Source: Basidiobolus meristosporus CBS 931.73
Taxonomy: Eukaryota > Fungi > Basidiobolomycota
Length of the DNA: 64,000 nucleotides
Reading direction: 5' to 3'
Assembly: GCA_002104905.1 (NCBI GenBank)
Contig: MCFE01000421.1
Location: 14,144 to 78,143 of the forward strand
Shown here: in pieces, positions 62,266 through 64,000 of the stretch
Position numbering within the stretch: the stretch's first letter is position 1
How the letters are laid out: the number at the start of each line of letters is the position of its first letter
The notes under the pieces: model-generated
Told to the model about the DNA's origin: nothing
The model's database searches: none
What the model saw: the letters and a program-made list of their open reading frames with translations, nothing else
Made by a program: the position numbers and the translations under genes

Positions 62266-63708
62266 TCAGGCAGAGGTTGTAGCTTCTTCAGAGGCAGCAT
62301 TGACAATGTGACCAGCAGAGTCCCAGAGCTCTTCAAATGGTGCATCACTTAAGTCAGCAAGGAGGGAAATGGCATGGTTCTTGAGGAAGTATGCCACATC
62401 ATAGGAGGGGGCTTGTCTCTTGATGGCAGCAAAGAAAGACAGAATGGCAACATGGGCTGGAGGCTTGTTGAACAGTAGAGAGTCAGAGGATTCAGATTCT
62501 TCAGGCACTATCTTGAAGTCAGTTTTCAGCCAGTTAAGGTTCTTCTCCACAAAGGCAACAAATGGGTCAGCAATGTTTTGGTCTAGGATAACCTCCAGAA
62601 TCTTCCCTTTTCTCCAGGCCAGGTTGACAATTCTTGAGAGCTGAATATTGCATGCCTTGAGTGCTTTCCTGATGTTGGAAATGGGAGTCCAGGGAACTTG
62701 CTTCAAGTACACCACAGTCCAGGTAGAAGCTGGTGGTAGGTTTGCTGGGGGCTTGTAAGTCCTTCTGTGTTGCAATGGAGCTGCAGTAGTCAGATTGGAG
62801 TCCACATTCTCAGTAGAGGGTTTTCTTGATGTGTCTTGCTGAATGGTACTGGAGCTGGATGTGCTGATAATTCTTGCTAGACCCTTGCCTGCATAAGTCT
62901 GAGGAATAGCTGAGGTGACTGTAGAGGTGGTGGCAGCTGGTGCAGGTGGAGAGGCAGAAACTGAAGCAGGAACTGAGGTCACCTGGGAGAAGGCAGTAGA
63001 AGCAGGTTTTCTGGGAGGAACAGAGTTCACTATCCAGTTGTTCTGTAAAACACTGGAGTAGCTTTTCTGTGGAACAGGATCTTGCTCTTGAACAGGAGCA
63101 GAAGCAGGAGGCTGGGGCTGAGCAGTAGTGGTAAGGCAGTGGCACTCCAAGGAAGCTTTTTGCAAGGCATCTGTGGCAGTTTTCAGGGCAGTATTGGCAG
63201 CCTCTAAATCAGCAATTCTCTTCTCAATTGCAAGGAATCTCTGAAGAAATGCATCAGTAGAAGTGCTGGTATCTGGGAGAGCAGTGGCAGGAATAGAGTC
63301 CATTGACAGTGGGCTTCTTGGAGGTAAGGAAAGTGGACTGGCAGATTCAGGCACAAAAGGAGATATCCTGGCAGGAGGAGAAGGAGTATCCAAGGCAGTA
63401 ACAGAGGCAATTCTTGTTGGTGAAGCAGCAGCAGGGGAGGCAAGCCTGTTCAGAAACTGGGCAGGAGATAGTGCTTGAGGAGAGGGAGTCTTCAGCTTGC
63501 CAAGCATGTCTTCCATCAGAGTGATACCAATATTCCTGGTGCATTTGCAGAGAAAAGTAAGCTTCCTGAGTCTGCCAGCTCTTCCATTCCTTCTGATAGT
63601 TCCTTTGTTTCCACAGTTGGGGCAAGAAATCTTCTTGACAGACTTGTCAAAGCAATCAAGAACCTTCCTTTCAGGTGTAGTGGGCTCCTGTTGAGGTTTT
63701 GGTGGCAT
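62266..63708 (-). CDS. ORF1: 480-aa Gag-like protein (N-terminal CX2CX21CXC, coiled coil, Ser/Pro/Ala linker, C-terminal alpha/beta domain)
   Basis: ATG at 63708 (the track start at 63735 is TTG); IEKRIADLEAANTALKTATDAL heptads; lies directly upstream of ORF2. Confidence 0.85.
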   Translation of the reverse strand: MPPKPQQEPTTPERKVLDCFDKSVKKISCPNCGNKGTIRRNGRAGRLRKLTFLCKCTRNIGITLMEDMLGKLKTPSPQALSPAQFLNRLASPAAASPTRIASVTALDTPSPPARISPFVPESASPLSLPPRSPLSMDSIPATALPDTSTSTDAFLQRFLAIEKRIADLEAANTALKTATDALQKASLECHCLTTTAQPQPPASAPVQEQDPVPQKSYSSVLQNNWIVNSVPPRKPASTAFSQVTSVPASVSASPPAPAATTSTVTSAIPQTYAGKGLARIISTSSSSTIQQDTSRKPSTENVDSNLTTAAPLQHRRTYKPPANLPPASTWTVVYLKQVPWTPISNIRKALKACNIQLSRIVNLAWRKGKILEVILDQNIADPFVAFVEKNLNWLKTDFKIVPEESESSDSLLFNKPPAHVAILSFFAAIKRQAPSYDVAYFLKNHAISLLADLSDAPFEELWDSAGHIVNAASEEATTSA

Positions 63709-63817
63709 ATCCAGAGTTTCAGCTTCAAATTTCAATTTTTGAGATTTTTGGGTGATTTTTGATGGGCGGGATCAAAATTAGGGCTAGGGTTGCGCGCTGT
63801 GACTGCTTTTTACAATC

Positions 63818-63895
63818 TTAGGGTTAGGGTTAGGGTTAGGGTTAGGGCTAGGGTTAGGGTTAGGGTTAGGGTTAGGGTTAGGGTTAGGGTTAGGG

Positions 63896-63936
<41 letters not shown>

Positions 63937-64000
63937 GGTTAGGGTTAGGGTTAGGGTTAGGGTTAGGGTTAGGGTTAGGGTTAGGGTTAGGGTTAGGGTT
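63818..64000 (+). repeat. Telomere, (TTAGGG)n
   Basis: ~30 tandem units running to the window end, G-strand pointing outward; variants CTAGGG (63848) and TTTAGGG (63914). Confidence 0.99.

Larger units (their letters stand above)
59434..63817 (-). mobile_element. Full-length telomere-terminal non-LTR retrotransposon (ORF1 + APE-RT ORF2)
   Basis: Two long in-frame ORFs; a 54-nt 3' UTR with AATAAA and a hairpin, ending in a C-run; the 5' end (63777-63817, uncertain) abuts the terminal TTAGGG array. Confidence 0.93.

Noticed and set aside
1-64000. CRISPR arrays, rRNA or tRNA genes, prokaryotic operons
   Set aside because: The window is eukaryotic; the recurring ~350-bp units are LTRs, and no regularly spaced short repeats or RNA-gene signatures were recognised.

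Overview
This is the right-hand end of a eukaryotic chromosome, ending in a (TTAGGG)n telomere at 63818-64000. Short GT-AG introns and the gene set (COX11, EMC10, kinesin-13, FAM72, Rgd1-like RhoGAP, F-box/LRR) suggest an early-diverging fungus; this is inference. The window has three zones. (1) 1-9.2 kb is a nest of one Ty1/copia family. (2) 9.2-45 kb is a CpG-rich gene block (about 11 genes) with small LTR-relic islands. (3) 45-64 kb is a CpG-depleted subtelomere holding an intact copia copy with identical LTRs, older relics and, at the tip, a head-to-tail pair of APE-RT non-LTR retrotransposons. The best candidate for an undescribed system is this telomere-terminal LINE array. Its 5' ends face the telomere, its 3' ends carry a C-run next to CCCTAA-like repeats instead of poly(A), and telomerase-like repeats separate the copies. 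ORF1 and ORF2 are in one frame, separated only by UGA-CUA followed by a hairpin, and ORF2 has no start ATG, which suggests readthrough. The endonuclease has Asp in place of the metal-binding Glu, and there are only 2 CpGs in 4.2 kb of open ORFs. All alignments, counts and splice models were done by eye and no database search was run, so family names rest on motif recognition.
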